This document shows, piece after piece, positions 1-16,134 of a stretch of 64,000 nt of DNA. Made by a program: the position numbers and the translations under genes. The stretch spans positions 7,626,001 to 7,690,000 of the forward strand of contig NC_081333.1 of assembly GCF_022539665.2 (NCBI RefSeq), read 5' to 3'. Source of the DNA: Daphnia carinata. Taxonomy: Eukaryota. The notes beneath the pieces were generated by a model that did no database searches, was not told where the DNA came from, and saw only the letters and a program-made list of their open reading frames with translations. Position 1 is the first letter of the stretch; each line of letters opens with the position of its first letter.

Positions 1-1924
1 GCAACACGTTGGTACATAACTGCCATGACTATTTGTGACCGCCCACGCTGCTGAAGAAAAAACAACAGCCATTTCCTTTTTACGTTATCGTTCTAAAGTT
101 GTCCTAATTAACTGATGAAGCAACCCGTTATCGGCACACAACGCAAATCAAGAGGAAAGCTTTGAAGGAAAAAGATAAACGGAAGAAATAATAAATCAAA
201 AATCGGTATGATACCTTCCAGCGGATGGTAAGTCGTGCTTCATGTTGACAAAAGCTTGTTAACACAAAATCGAAAATGCAGGAAGAGCAAGAAATTGTTG
301 AAAACACATTTAGAATTGGAACAACAGAACGAGAATTTAGAGACCGACCCTCTCATTATTAGTAAATTTCCGTCAGCAGAGCAAGTTAGGCCACCCACAA
401 AACAAGGACCGTAGAATTTGAGACTGACGCAGCCGTTGGTGCTGCTCTGCTGTGGGAGGGAATAATAGCACTAAACAGAAGAGACGGAGAGAGAGAAAGA
501 GAAAGACGTCCAAGTTTATTTGTTGTGATTGTTCCAAGGGAAGGTAAACACTGCAGAAGCAGCCAGTGGAGCCTGACGCTACTACTTCTCTCCAACTTGT
601 GCTCTTCTTTCTCCTTTCTCTGCGTTACCAGGACTATAAACAAACAAAATTGTCTATCCTCCGTAACTGACATTTGCATTTACCCCTTCTGTTTATTCCT
701 CGAAGTTATGTTGTCACCGTCGGAAGCGAATTCGTTGGTGATTAATCGAGAACTGATAGACAAGAAATCTATCAGACGTCCACTTAACATTTTCGGATTC
801 AAGATAATTGTATATAAACTCGTCTATTACAGCACGTTTGAAGACAACTTTGGTCGATCGAATCCAAACAAGGGGTGTGCTGTTGCATCCAAGAATGACT
901 GAATGAGGGCTACAACTTAGAGTAGGTACGTGAAGAAAAAGAGAGCAAGAAGTCAAAGAGGGCCAAGATGTTTATTTTCCAACTTGCTGCCTGTTTGGTT
1001 TGAAAACACCACCGTATTTCGCCGCGCCCTATACTTCGCATCTGTGTGTGCCTGTGTGTACATAACCAATGTTGTGTGTACATAACCAAGACCCCCATCC
1101 AGGATTCAATCAGCTGGTAAATCGCTAAGCTCCGGAAATATATGCACAATTCACATATACACAACGCTGTAGAATCTCCAGTATTAACGAAGAGCTTGCA
1201 ACAATAGCCACACCAAGCGACGCAAGTTTTTAACATTTTGACTTATCTGATGGCAACCAAATGCAAACTAACAGCAAAGCAACAAAGTGCGCTTATCTGT
1301 GATGCCAGGATACGCGGGGACGGTCTTGTAAAACACTGTTTATATTGTCTAGCAGCTTTCATAATAAGCGTTTCATTCAGTGTTACTTTAATGTAGAAGC
1401 AAAAAAATATTTCATTATTCTTTTTGAAACATTTTTGAAGGGCTTCTCTAGTATTTTTAGTTATAGGTCGTTTGGCCGAGTACTAGTACCTTAAAACTTT
1501 ACCAGTGTCGGTTGGTAATGTTGACTAACTAGGCTCTTAAATTTTAACAGGATTTGTTTTGTTTGTTTGTTTCTTTGGGTGTTTGTTTGTGTTTGTTTTG
1601 GACGACAAAGTCGTGAATTTCGTGACAACGTATGTTAATCTCGTCACGGTTCAGGATGACGTTTGCCTATGCTAGGCTGTGAGTCCTAACAAAGAAGACT
1701 TCTATAGAATCATCTATCTCAACGAAGCAGACCAAAACAAACATCACTTTTGACGAATACAACTAAAAAAATTCGGATATTTTATCTTTTTTATTGCACT
1801 TAGACTGGTTAATATTTAATAAAGAAGTGCTTCGAAATATTTTCAAGCCCCAAAATCCACCCACACACGGAATGATTGTATTTCATATTGACCGGTACAT
1901 TTTTTTTCGTTGGCCTTGCCAGGA

Positions 1925-3351
<1,427 letters not shown>

Positions 3352-3768
3352 GACTAAGAATTGATAAGAAAGGATTCGTGCTAAAGACTAAAGTTTAAAA
3401 ATATAACAGGCGACATCCAACTGTCAAACCAACACGACATTGCCAGATGATGGTAGTAAGAGATCAGTTTCGGGAAAATTGTTAGAGAAACGCCCAAATG
3501 CATCCACATTTCTTGACTAAACGTTAACAGGTTTCTTATAGCATTGCGGAAGGTGATGTTTTTGAAATTTAGCCGGTGGTGTTTTCATCTCTCGTACATG
3601 CGATAGGCAAATTGTGTTTAATAATACCGAATGGAAACTGGCAGTCTCCGAGGAAACTAAGAAGGATACGTAATTATTTGTCTACGTGGCACGTAACGCA
3701 ATAGACAATGCGACACGTATAACTTACCCAAGCTGTTAAATGTTTTCAGTAAACGCAATTATTTTTAC

Positions 3769-3813
3769 CTGCCCAGTACAGCCAGAAAGAAGAGCGACTT
3801 TCCGTTCTGCCAT
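3769..3813 (-). CDS. GMDS: Alternative upstream first coding exon of GDP-mannose 4,6-dehydratase (MAERKVALLSGCTGQ)
   Basis: A 45-nt ATG-initiated exon ends CAG|GTAAAA in phase 0, the same phase as exon 2. It is homologous to the proximal exon 1 (KIALITGITGQ). Confidence 0.8.
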
Positions 3814-3897
3814 TTCAGTATCTATATCAGTAGTAAGAGATTAAGAGCTTCAGTTAGAAGAAACTAATACGACAACTTGCGTGGAAATCTTGCGTGT

Positions 3898-3933
3898 GAC
3901 TAACTCTGCGTTGGGCTAAGCAGATCTTTTATG
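3898..3933 (-). promoter_or_regulatory. Putative TATA-like box plus initiator for the upstream GMDS isoform
   Basis: The minus strand reads CATAAAAG (3933-3926), ~30 nt before TTAGTC (3903-3898), which resembles an arthropod Inr. Confidence 0.45.
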
Positions 3934-6032
3934 CAGGTGAAACAACAGATGGGACGTCTCTATCATAGCCTCCGTAGACAGACGTGGCACTTTCAGTTTG
4001 GCTTGATTGTCTTTGAGGATTCCCAAGATTCAAGCCTGGGGTCACTGAACACATTCTTGTTTGAATGACCGACCATGAATCCACTTTCCTCTTCAGTTTG
4101 AATATTGCTAAGATGTGAGGATATTTTTCGACGCCTTAAAATTCATTATGAACATAAGGGGTGTTTAATAGTTTCGTTGTAAACCCTGCGTAGAAACGAC
4201 TAAAAGCCCTCGAACTTTATTCCCAAACCTGCGTATAGGATAGAGGCATTACAGAGTTTCAATAACAACGTGAAAGATCGCTGTAAAAAGAAGAATCTGA
4301 GCCCGAATGTTTTTCTTCATATTGCTTTATGAAAGCGTAACGTTTTAGTTTTTACCGCTTTCAGAACAAACCACGTCAGCAAATTTCTAGACAGATGGCT
4401 CCGTCATGCCACCTGACAATTAAATCTTCATATTCAAAATTATAACTCTTTATGTTCTACGCGCTCTCTTGTTGAATCCTTTTATGTTTTGCTTGACAGA
4501 AGGAAATATGGTCTACAGGTACTCTTCTTCGTATATGTTCAGACAAATTCGTACAACTTTTAGATTTACTTAAACAGGCAACTTTTTTGGCAGGAAAGGT
4601 TAGTGATCTTCCTAGCCTCATGGGAAGCTAGCAATGGCCGGTAGAACATTTTCTTGAAAAAATGTCTAGCTGAATGGATGAAGGGGATTGAAAAAGAAGT
4701 CCCAATAGCCAGGTAATTCATGTAAATCTGTCATTAAAGAATACGGGGAAAGGGAGTTATCTGAAATTCGTATAAAATGCCTTACCTCTGTTTCAAACAA
4801 AATAAGCTTTAGCGCTCTAACGTCACTTTCTGACAACTTTGAAGATTCCTACCGTGTTTCATAGATGGCATCTCGTGTAGAGTCAAGAACTCGGCAAATA
4901 AGTAAAGAGGAAGTCACATCAACGTTGGCGTTCATCCATACCTCCTTTTGTCAAATGCGTTGTTTAAAGCATTTTGCTACGAACGAGTGGGTGGTTGCAA
5001 AGAACTTTTGAATGTTAAATTGCGGTCTTCTCATATACAAAATTTTATCCCAAAATCCAAAAGTAGAAGATCTCTAACATGCCATATTACTGGCAGAACA
5101 TAAATACCTACCATTCTGTAAAACACGTCAAATATGCAAGTACAGTGATAGTTGCAGCGGTAACCACACATGAGTTATCGACAACATATCGTTCACAGTT
5201 CTTAGATTTGCATTCTATTAAAGTAATAAATTGTTTAGGGATATTTGGGTTTCACAGTAGTCAGTCATATGTTAGTAGACAGTAGCATAGGTGAAGAGAT
5301 GAAACTATACCCCTGTAAAGTAATTATTACACTTATTCTACATGCGCTCAAAGCAGAACGACCGGAAGTTACGCTTCTACCCTTCGCTTGATAATATCTT
5401 TTAGAAAGGACGGATTAATTTAAAATGTTGACCAGATACGCATAGCTTCACATCAAGTACGAGGAACGGGCGGTGATGTGTACTATGCACGGGTGGAGTA
5501 CACATCAGGATGCAACCTTTATGATTGGTTCACCTGTTCATAACATGACCGCACCTGCAACAATACCGCACATCCGTACCTTTAAAAACAAAAACAGCAT
5601 GCAGTGTCCGGTAGAAATAGTGCCACAAGGAAATAGAGAAAGCACAAGATGCCCAAGGGTTCTGACAGGAAATGGCGAACACTGATGCCGTTCCAGTCTG
5701 CCAGCTACAACTGGAAATTTACACACATCCGACGAACTTTCAAGACCGATTTCACTAAAGCGTAGTATTTTCTAATTTTCATATAGATGGTCAAATTCGT
5801 TTTGAATGGAAATGTTGCGGTATTGCTGCAATTGTATTATCTGAAAGCAAGAGGACAGGCTTTACTGCATGCACAAACAAAGCGAAAGGACTTAGTAATA
5901 GGAATTTCGGATTTGTATATAATAAAGGAGTGGGAGGACGAAGAGCAGATCGATAGCTTTCAGTTGGAAAATAAATAAAGGAGACTGAGGAAAAGGGCGA
6001 AGAAATGTAACAGTTAACAGATTTCGAGTAAT

Positions 6033-7681
<1,649 letters not shown>

Positions 7682-9290
7682 TTTGGCTAGTTTCTTTAAG
7701 AGGAATGGGTGGGACTGCAGCGAACAGTGCGTACTAGGGTAGTACTCGCTTTAACTTTCGTCGTCGATATCGTGAGTAGCATGACATGGGTGGTATATAT
7801 ACCTTCCGATCTGGTAGTGGTAGCCGAGGGCTAGCTAGCGAGACTGTGGTATAACGAAATCTGGCAAACTCGCCACATTGAATTTACACGCCCTTCAATA
7901 AAAATTTTTAAGATAAAAAAACTAATTTGACTTTTTACATGCTATGAATGCATACGGTTTAAAATTTGTTTCCAATTTAGTGATAATTTCTAAGATAAAT
8001 TTTTTTCAGGTTACATTTGTTCTCGCAGTAGTGTGCCGTTTTCTGGTATCGATATTCCGTATCGATAGTAAATTGATACAACAGAGAACTTTTTATTTTT
8101 CTCAATATCTGCAATATTTACTGTCTAATTCCTCTCATGCAAAAAGGTAAAATTATTGTTTAATTTGAAAAACAGCATTCTGCTCTTTGAGTTTATGGCT
8201 TCATCACTTTTCTATATGCTGAATTGCCCTGATTCCTTTTAAACAAGATTTCTAACATCCATTTTGTTCTTGCCTAAAAAAAGCCATCTTGCCTTTTATT
8301 TGATGACGAAGAAAAACAGACAAGCGCAATGCAGGTTTGTGGTATAAGAAACATGCAATGAAACTCTGGTCACGCCATCATAGTACAAAGGGACTTTAAA
8401 CAGTATGCTATCAATCACGTACTCCTCGTCAAACTCATGGTACTATCGGTGAAATTTCGACATTGTAAAACTTGTGCAAAAACGGTCATCCTACGTCATC
8501 GAATTTTTATGGTGCTGTCGGAACAGTGTGTTCTGTGCAAAGACTATTGAAGGTCACATTGCTTAAGACTTATTTGGAAATTACGATTGAAAGGGGAAAT
8601 GGAAGAAGGAAGAATCTCCTTTCACGGCCACCAAGACCATCTAACGGCGGGAATATAAAACTGTACTAATGTTTACTGACGTGCTGTCAGAATTGATTAA
8701 TCTGAAGCTATGACTGTGTTTATCTCATGTTTTGGTGACGAATTCTTCGATCTTATTATTTAATCGCATGGTTACATCAAAGATATCTTCCTAACAATTC
8801 AAGGGGTAATACAAATGAATCATCGACTGGCAATTATTTTGCTATTTCTGAGATTTTGTCCATTTCCATTTTCTGAGTGTTTGTTCTGGATGCAAGGAGT
8901 ATTGCAATTCTTCTCCATCTGGATGCCTTACTCCAGTGTACGTCTATCAAAAAAGTTTTTCTTGAACCCCAATTTTAAAAAAATTATTGCTAATTTCAAA
9001 TCTGATTTATTTTTTTATATTGTCAGAACAAAAGTTGCTTCTAAAAAGTAATGCAACCCTACGCCCTCCCCACCCCACGTTTGGTTTACGATTTACAACT
9101 CTAGATGGCATCCCCGTCAGCCTGTTTATGAAACTGTTGTTGACCGTTTTCAAGTTTTGCAGTAGTCGTTTGAAAGCTCAATTTTGCAGTCAAAACTAAT
9201 TTGAAACTATAATTACGTAGTTTGGCAAGTTTAACTACTCAGATTTTTTCTTTTGAAATTTTTCAACTTTAAACGGAAGCTCGTAACATA

Positions 9291-9718
9291 ATGGTCGATA
9301 CGCGCAGAGCATTGTCTTCTAAACTTAAAAAAAAGCTTCTTGAAAAACTGACCCGTATGCCAAGGCTGAAAATGGGGAACAAACTGCTCATATTTGTAAT
9401 AAAGACTTATAGTTGATGAAAAACATACAATTAATGAATGATTTTATTAGTTTACATTGAGCTATTTTGCTCACATGAAGCAACTTGCAAAGATGGCTAC
9501 TCTCAATTCCTTGATGGAAAAAAAACGGGCCATAGCCAGTAAACATGTTATAGAAGCTCATCAGGTAGTGTATTCTTGGAATCAGACTTTAAAACATTAA
9601 ATTATTGATTTTGTTTCAGGCTATTGTGGAAAAAACCAAAATGCAGAGAAAACAAAGAACATTGGATGAAATGCTTAAACATCATAGTAAAGCTTTAAGA
9701 AGTCCAACCGATCTCTAA
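9291..9718 (+). CDS. CENPW: Small basic histone-fold protein, CENP-W-like (105 aa, 3 exons)
   Basis: Exons 9291-9395, 9451-9564 and 9620-9718, joined by two 55-nt phase-0 GT-AG introns, give MVDTRRALSSKLKKKLLEKLTRMPRLKMGNKLLIF|FTLSYFAHMKQLAKMATLNSLMEKKRAIASKHVIEAHQ|AIVEKTKMQRKQRTLDEMLKHHSKALRSPTDL*. By eye this aligns with vertebrate CENP-W (PQLRL..LL|VHLNCLLFVHRLAEESRTNACASKCRVINKEHVLAAAK|VILKK). Confidence 0.7.
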
Positions 9719-9745
9719 AAATTTGTATTGTTCTTCGCATTTCTC

Positions 9746-10470
9746 CTATTTATTCACTTCCTCAATTAATGGCATCAAAAATTCTTTCAATTCCTGATAG
9801 GCTTTATCAAGTTGGTCATTCACAATTACAATGTCAAAATTACTGGGGTCACTTCCTGGAGAGTAAGCAAACAATTTAAATAAATGTGAACAAACACTTC
9901 TAAAATGGTATACCATATTCCATCTCAGCTTTTGCTGTTAGAAGTCGTTTTTGGAGACTCTCTTCACTTTCAGTGTTTCGTCCCCTAAGTCTTTGCTCTA
10001 GCACTTCCATTGAAGGAGGCTTCATAAAAATGAAAACAGGATTAAGAGATGTTTGTCTTATAGACTTCACACCCTGAGTATCAATATCCAAAATGCATAT
10101 TTTATTGCCGCGCTGAACGTCCTCTACCGCTTTTTTACTGTATGAATTGAGTAGCATTTGTTAGATTTAATCAAACAATATAAAAGTATTCTTTATATTA
10201 CCTTGTACCATACAGATTACCAGAGAAGGTAGCTGATTCAATGAATTCTCCATTAGATATTCCTTTTTCCATAACTTCCTTTGACACATAATGGTAGTCC
10301 TTCCCATCAATTTCACCAGGTCTAGGAGATCTTGTAGTATGGGATACCGAAAATCCAAATACACCATTAAAATCATTCATGATTTGTTTAATAAGTGTAG
10401 ATTTTCCTGATCCAGATGGACCACAAAAGACTAGTGGACGTGGACCCAAAGAAGAAATGGCAGGAGCCAT
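9746..10470 (-). CDS. GUK1: Guanylate kinase (a short upstream in-frame exon is possible)
   Basis: Has the P-loop [43 protein letters not shown] and [20 protein letters not shown]. The last exon ends LIEEVNK* (TAG at 9748-9746). Confidence 0.95.
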
Positions 10471-11471
10471 GGCTATCTTTCGAATGAAATCTAGAAGAGA
10501 AATGACATTATTATATCACAGCATCCCATTTATAGCAATCTTTGTGTTAGTCATTTAGTCACACACACAGGAAGTTGCTAAGCAACGAAAGAGGATACAT
10601 TCTCTATTGATGATATTGATTCTTTTAATTGGAGGAAAGCCGACAATACACAGTATCCGGAAAGACATGCAAGTTTCTTGAGGATGGAATGAAGGCGGGT
10701 TTAGTGTGTTACAAGAGCCGAGCGTAATTTAAGATAGAATTCGAGAAGGCAAGCAACAAAAGAAAAGCACCCAGTAGTTTGTACCTAACATCTTGAAGGA
10801 GGCGCAATTATGAATATAGTTTGTTTACCTAAACAGGTACGATAAATAAACTAAGAATGCAGCGATTGGACTGTAATCAACCCAAGGTCTACAAATACTA
10901 CATTAAATTACTAATAAAATAACTGGTAAAAGGGAAGACACGACGCCTTTAAAATGTCAAAAGCCCACGTGGCAAGTTTGGCGGCAACAGCTTGATATTA
11001 TGCCATGATTTTAATTAGGACGCTCCATTTAATGACCTGAATAAAAATTTAGAAAGTATTAGCGCAATAAAGAATTACCACATAAAGTGATTAACTATTT
11101 AAAAACTCATTTGGCAACTAAATTATTTACTAACAATTTGGCAACGCAAACTTTTACCCTTCCCTCCGCGTACGTGTCGTCCGCAGATTTCACACAGAAT
11201 TGTTAGGTTCATACAATCTCGTGAATAGTTTTCCTTTGGTTTCTCAAAATACAGCGAAGTACCAGGCTGTTTACCTGTATGTTCTTGATATACGTTCCAC
11301 AGTTGCTTATGACAAGATGTGTCTTCCATTTCAAGATAACAGGGATGAAAATAACAAGTGTGTTCTTCAAGAAATTCCTTGAAAAGCAAACGTAAAAATA
11401 AAACATCAAAAGATAATTTAAACTTTGCGGAAATTTGAGTATCTGTTTACCACTAAAATCAAGCTTTAATA

Positions 11472-12836
11472 ATGGCTACTGCCACCATGAGTTACCAAAC
11501 ATCTGGTGTGGCTGCTGTTGGATTGACTGCACAAGAGCAGAAGGACATGGAAAGATTTGTGAAATTTTTGAGCCAAAAAATGGTACAAGTCATTGTTCAA
11601 TCAAGGCTTGGGGAAAAGATTTGCACTCCATGCAAGGCACACCCTTCTACATCAGACTGGTTTAATTTGGGAATTGAAGATATCCCAGAAGTGGTTGTAG
11701 AAACAAAAAAAGCATTAAAAGGACAACTTCTTACCATTGGGAGCCCACCTTTATGTGTTGAAATATCTTTAAAAACTGTTGAAGGTGATTCATTAATTCT
11801 AGAAAATTGGAGTCTGACAGTTAATGAAAATTCAGAACCACTGAATCGAGTCACCTATACTGTGTACAGCAGAATGTCTTTACTATTGAAATCCATAATT
11901 TCAGTCAGTAGAATAACTCCTGCATACAAACTTTCTGGAAGACAAGGAGCAGACAGCTTCGTTTTGTGCTATCGCGTATATTGTGGCGAACCTCATGGAT
12001 TGGGTACTTCGACCAAAAACTGTACCATCGGTCAAGTTGACACACCCATCGGCTTGTATAGCGTCGTGTTGAGCTATCGCACGCAACTAGCCCTATCTCC
12101 GAAAGACGGAGCAATGTTGGTGAAAAGTGACCATTTCGATCAGCATTTGATAAGTGATCAATACAGTCCACGGCTATGCCGAGCAGCCGACAGTAAAGGA
12201 GACAGAGGAGGAGAAAGTAGTAGCGGAAGCGAGCCCGTAGCATCAGATGAGAGTCAAGATGCATGTCGGTTGTTTGTCAATTCGCCACCAGGCAACAAAG
12301 TAGCAGAGTATCAAAATTTACTGCAGCAAAACCGATACTCCTTTGATGACGGACCCAAGTTTGGTGCGTTTGCCGATCCATCTTCTGCTCGCCGTAACCT
12401 ATCTGCTGAGTTCGTGTTACCGGAATTGCCACTACCCACATTTATGAAAATCAAGAGCTTAAAAGATGTAAAAAAAGAAAACGAGCAGCGTCCTCTAGTC
12501 ACTGGTGGTTCGGCTGTGGTTCCAACAAAAGAGGTCGATGTAACCGAAAACGCAAATCAGACGAATATCTCGATAGGACCTGTCAGTACTAGTGACGAAT
12601 TCGTTATGGTTGAGTCGCTGAAAACACCGTTCACCGAAGGAGACTCATCTCACGATGTCGGTGCCTTTTTCCGTGAATGTCAATCGGCTCCCGTTTCCCT
12701 GCAATCTTTTAATCGCTCATGTGGCATCGCTACCCAAGAGATCGGTTCTCAGCTTGAACAATTCGAAAAAGACCTCGAAGGTTATGACGACCTCGTACAG
12801 TCGCTGTGCATAGATTCTGATGAGAGTGGAAAATAG
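11472..12836 (+). CDS. ATG13: Autophagy-related protein 13 (single coding exon)
   Basis: N-terminal HORMA domain (KMVQVIVQSRLG...SDWFNL...LLKSIISVSRITPAYKLS), LIR-like DEFVMV, and C-terminal DVGAFFRECQSAP. Confidence 0.92.
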   Translation: MATATMSYQTSGVAAVGLTAQEQKDMERFVKFLSQKMVQVIVQSRLGEKICTPCKAHPSTSDWFNLGIEDIPEVVVETKKALKGQLLTIGSPPLCVEISLKTVEGDSLILENWSLTVNENSEPLNRVTYTVYSRMSLLLKSIISVSRITPAYKLSGRQGADSFVLCYRVYCGEPHGLGTSTKNCTIGQVDTPIGLYSVVLSYRTQLALSPKDGAMLVKSDHFDQHLISDQYSPRLCRAADSKGDRGGESSSGSEPVASDESQDACRLFVNSPPGNKVAEYQNLLQQNRYSFDDGPKFGAFADPSSARRNLSAEFVLPELPLPTFMKIKSLKDVKKENEQRPLVTGGSAVVPTKEVDVTENANQTNISIGPVSTSDEFVMVESLKTPFTEGDSSHDVGAFFRECQSAPVSLQSFNRSCGIATQEIGSQLEQFEKDLEGYDDLVQSLCIDSDESGK

Positions 12837-13160
12837 TGAACTCCATCTGTATAAAGCATGTACATTGATATGACTAACCAATATATTGCTGGGAAAACGA
12901 TTTTGTTTTCTTCCTATTTATTACGAGACGAAAGGCATTAAGCAAAAAGTACACGAAATACTAGACTAAGTTTGCAGTTGACACACAGTACATACGAGTT
13001 GTATTTCCAAGAGGAACCGAAATGTTTGTGGCTTAAAATAGCCTTGAATTATTCAAGGTTCGTCTAAATGGAGAAGGTTAGTAATAAATTAGGAATTGCA
13101 AAATAACGTTATCCATTTCATAGATAGCTAATGGCATTTTTTAATCCTCTTTTTTTTTTG

Positions 13161-14608
13161 TTAAAGTTCGTCTTGAAAACGATGGATGTTGTTGAGATGG
13201 TCTCCGTAGTCTGTCGCTTCGGATCCTACGAAAACGTCATGGTGTTCGAGAATCTCTTCGAAGGATAGCAAACCGTCATGGTCATCATCGGCTGACGCGA
13301 AAAGGTGTTCCACCTCTTCTCCAGCAATCTCCCTAGAAATAGATTTCTCAAAATTAGCAAGTATCCTAAATTAATGAAAGGCCGAGACTGAAGAATTAGG
13401 GCTTACTCTGTGCTAGGTAAGACCCAGCTGATGATTTCCCTGGCACTCATTCGCCCATCCGCGTCCGAGTCCAGCTCGTGGTCAAACTTCTCCTTTTCGG
13501 CTATTAACCAAGCCTTGTCTTTTGATTGCCCTGGGACAATTTTTAAAGGAGAACGGTGTGTCATTCAAGAGAAAATGTAAAGGTTTGTAGAAATGAACAA
13601 CTAACGAAAACCATCTAATTACGAATAACAAGTGAAGGAAAGACGTCGTAAGATAAAAAGCCGGGACAAGATGTAAGCCGCATTTTCAGTCTTGGCCTTT
13701 CAGTTTGCATTATCGCAAGATAGAGCAGCACTTACTCGTTACTTGGGGCTACCCATCGTTTAAACTCGATTGAGTCTAAACGTCCATCCCCATTAGTGTC
13801 GAAATCAGTGTCAAACATTTCTTTTTGCTTCGCTACTTCAACATCTGAATCTAAGATTTACTTTCAATGTGAATAAATAGGCAACATGCAGACAGTATTT
13901 GCTTATACGAGTACCTCGATCGCCAATGTACTCTTGAAAATCTATAAATCCATCCTTGTTGATATCTTTCTCTTCAAGAGTTTGTCTCAAAATAACCTCA
14001 AGCATGTGAGGTGCTTCTTCTGGATGAGTAAATGACAAAAATTCTTGAGAATCTAGCTTTCCATCTTTGTTTACATCTGCTGTTTCAAAGAGTTCCTTAT
14101 CATTCTTCATTAAGGCCTTTTCTTCAGCATGCTCTTTCCCAGAGAAAATGCTTCCTTCTTCAATTTCATCATCCACACCATAAGTTTCAGCTTTATACTC
14201 ATTCCAAGTTACTTGATTGTCCTTGTTTAAGTCAACTTCAGCCAACTTTTCCCGAGACTCTTCTTCTGAAAGTGATTTGAAAGACCTGAGAATCCATTGC
14301 TTCAGCTCTGTGGTGGTGATATCTTTATTGCTATCCACATCCATTTTTGTAAGCAAAACACCTAATCTTTTCTTTGCTTCTTCTGGAGGTAAGTGGTCAA
14401 ATTCTTCTGCTTCTTGTGTACTACCCAAGATAGCCTCATGATCAAATTCAACATTATGGTCTTCCCCTCCATAGTGAGAATGATCCCTCGGACTATATGC
14501 TCCATCTACTTCTCGTTCTGTTCCATGTTTGTGGCTGTGAGGGCTTGCATTTGACTGTGCACAAAGGCTAAAAGTAAAAATTACAACTGAAAATAGAGAC
14601 ACATACAT
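13161..14608 (-). CDS. RCN2: Reticulocalbin-2/ERC-55-like CREC-family ER EF-hand protein
   Basis: Signal peptide MYVSLFSVVIF..., FDHEAILG, several EF-hand loops, FVGSEATDYG and C-terminal ER-retention QDEL. Exons are 14608-13915, then 13850-13736 or 13530-13407, then 13332-13161. Confidence 0.92.
13736..13850 (-). CDS. RCN2: Mutually exclusive alternative EF-hand exon of reticulocalbin
   Basis: AG|...|GTAAG exon of 115 nt, phase 1 in and phase 2 out, encoding SDVEVAKQKEMFDTDFDTNGDGRLDSIEFKRWVAPSN. It is homologous to the exon at 13530-13407. Confidence 0.8.
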
Positions 14609-16134
14609 TTTGCAATACGTTAAGATCAATGCTCTTAATTCACAAGGTTGATTTTCGAAGCACAAGTTATATATCTGTGTTTTCAGAAAAAATAACACAG
14701 GGGTTTGGCAGCCAAATGCCGCTTGCCTTCACGATGCGTGATGGAAAAAACAGACTCTTGTGGTAGAGGGACAAACATGTATTGTATCTATACTCCAGAT
14801 GAAGCCGAATAAATAAAAAAAAACTAATTAAACAAATTAACTTAATATTTCATATTTCACTTCATGATTAAAAATATTGTAAAATTAATAGTGTGGTATT
14901 AAAACTGAAAAACACATTTATTGAAATTTTGTTAAATAAAATTTTTTGAAAAAATGGCGTACATCGGTACATTAAATCATTATGTAATGGCTTACACGTT
15001 TTGCTTTCTAGCGTCTTCAGTTTTTAGTCATTTCGTTTTATTTTATTTGCAAAGTATTTTTTTTTGTGGAATCCGTAGTTTCTAGTATTCTAGCAATGTA
15101 GAATGGCGCCTGATGGTGGTAGGCTACCATGTTAAATAACCACTATGCTTAAACATAAAACTTTGATAATGCTAAGACGGCAAATTCATTTAACATTTAT
15201 ACCCTATTACAGTCTATAATCTATGGTAAAATTAATATTGGGTTTGTTTCTGTAAATTTCGTCAACAGCTTGCTTGAAATATATTTCTGTTGGGTTTTTA
15301 GATCCCCAAAACGATGGCTTTTTGGATAGCTTTTGGAGTGTTATTGTGTATTGGACTACTAACAGTTGGTACCATTAGAACTAGTGGAAATAATGTTTCC
15401 CAAACAGTTTTTCTGTAGCTCTGTGAGCAGCTATTAGTGTAAAAAAATTATGAACAGATGGGGAAGCATTTATTTAATCTCAACTAGAGTTGTTGGGCTC
15501 CGATGTGGCAACGCTTCATCCCACGATATTTTGTCTTAACAGATAGAAATTTGTGTTGAAAATTTCTGCGTAGCGTATTCTGCGCACTTCAAACGTGTAT
15601 ATATGATATCCTCTCAAGTGTTTTTCAAAAAACTGTTCTTCTCGGTAAATATATTTCCTTGTTGTAATGTCTTGATTTACGTAAATGTGATATTTTTCAT
15701 TTTTTACGTCAGTGATTCCCTGATGCAAATCGAAAATTTTGACTGCTTAAAAACTTGCCTAGTATGTTACATAATTAGTTGACTAGATAAGCAATGTCAG
15801 TATGTAACTCAACAAGCAAGAAATTTGCTGACTTGTTCAAATTTATTACATACAGTATCAAATTAGGCAAATGGATTATTTGATTTTGCTTTTCCAAATT
15901 CAAAATTGAATTAATAAACATTACAAACAATATTTACATAATGTTGACATTGGTTGCCGTATATTAGGATTGTTGGGAAGCAGTTAAATGCTACACATCA
16001 TGTGATTGTCTAAGGAAACTTAAGTTTAAGCCTGCTTTTAAAGTTCTGTTGGTTTTATTGTGTTAAAAGTTCTTACTGAAACACAGTTTTCAATAAATTT
16101 ATAGGGTAGTCCTCTTAAAACTACGTGCAGCAAA

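Noticed and set aside
386..1236. ORFs 386-679, 525-902 and 910-1236 (MLKTCVAWCGYCC, superficially THAP-like)
   Set aside because: No downstream THAP residues or other recognisable motif. Probably UTR or promoter of a gene outside the window.
4350..5040. Possible minus-strand spliced ORF (ESSKLSESDVRALKLILFETE|IYMNYL...)
   Set aside because: Some splice-like sites exist, but I could not build a consistent start-to-stop model or recognise a homologue.
14954..15437. Chain of possible micro-exons on the plus strand starting ATG GCG TAC ATC
   Set aside because: Several alternative splice choices are possible and there is no family match. A brief resemblance to SELENOK fails because there is no Gly-rich tail or UGA.
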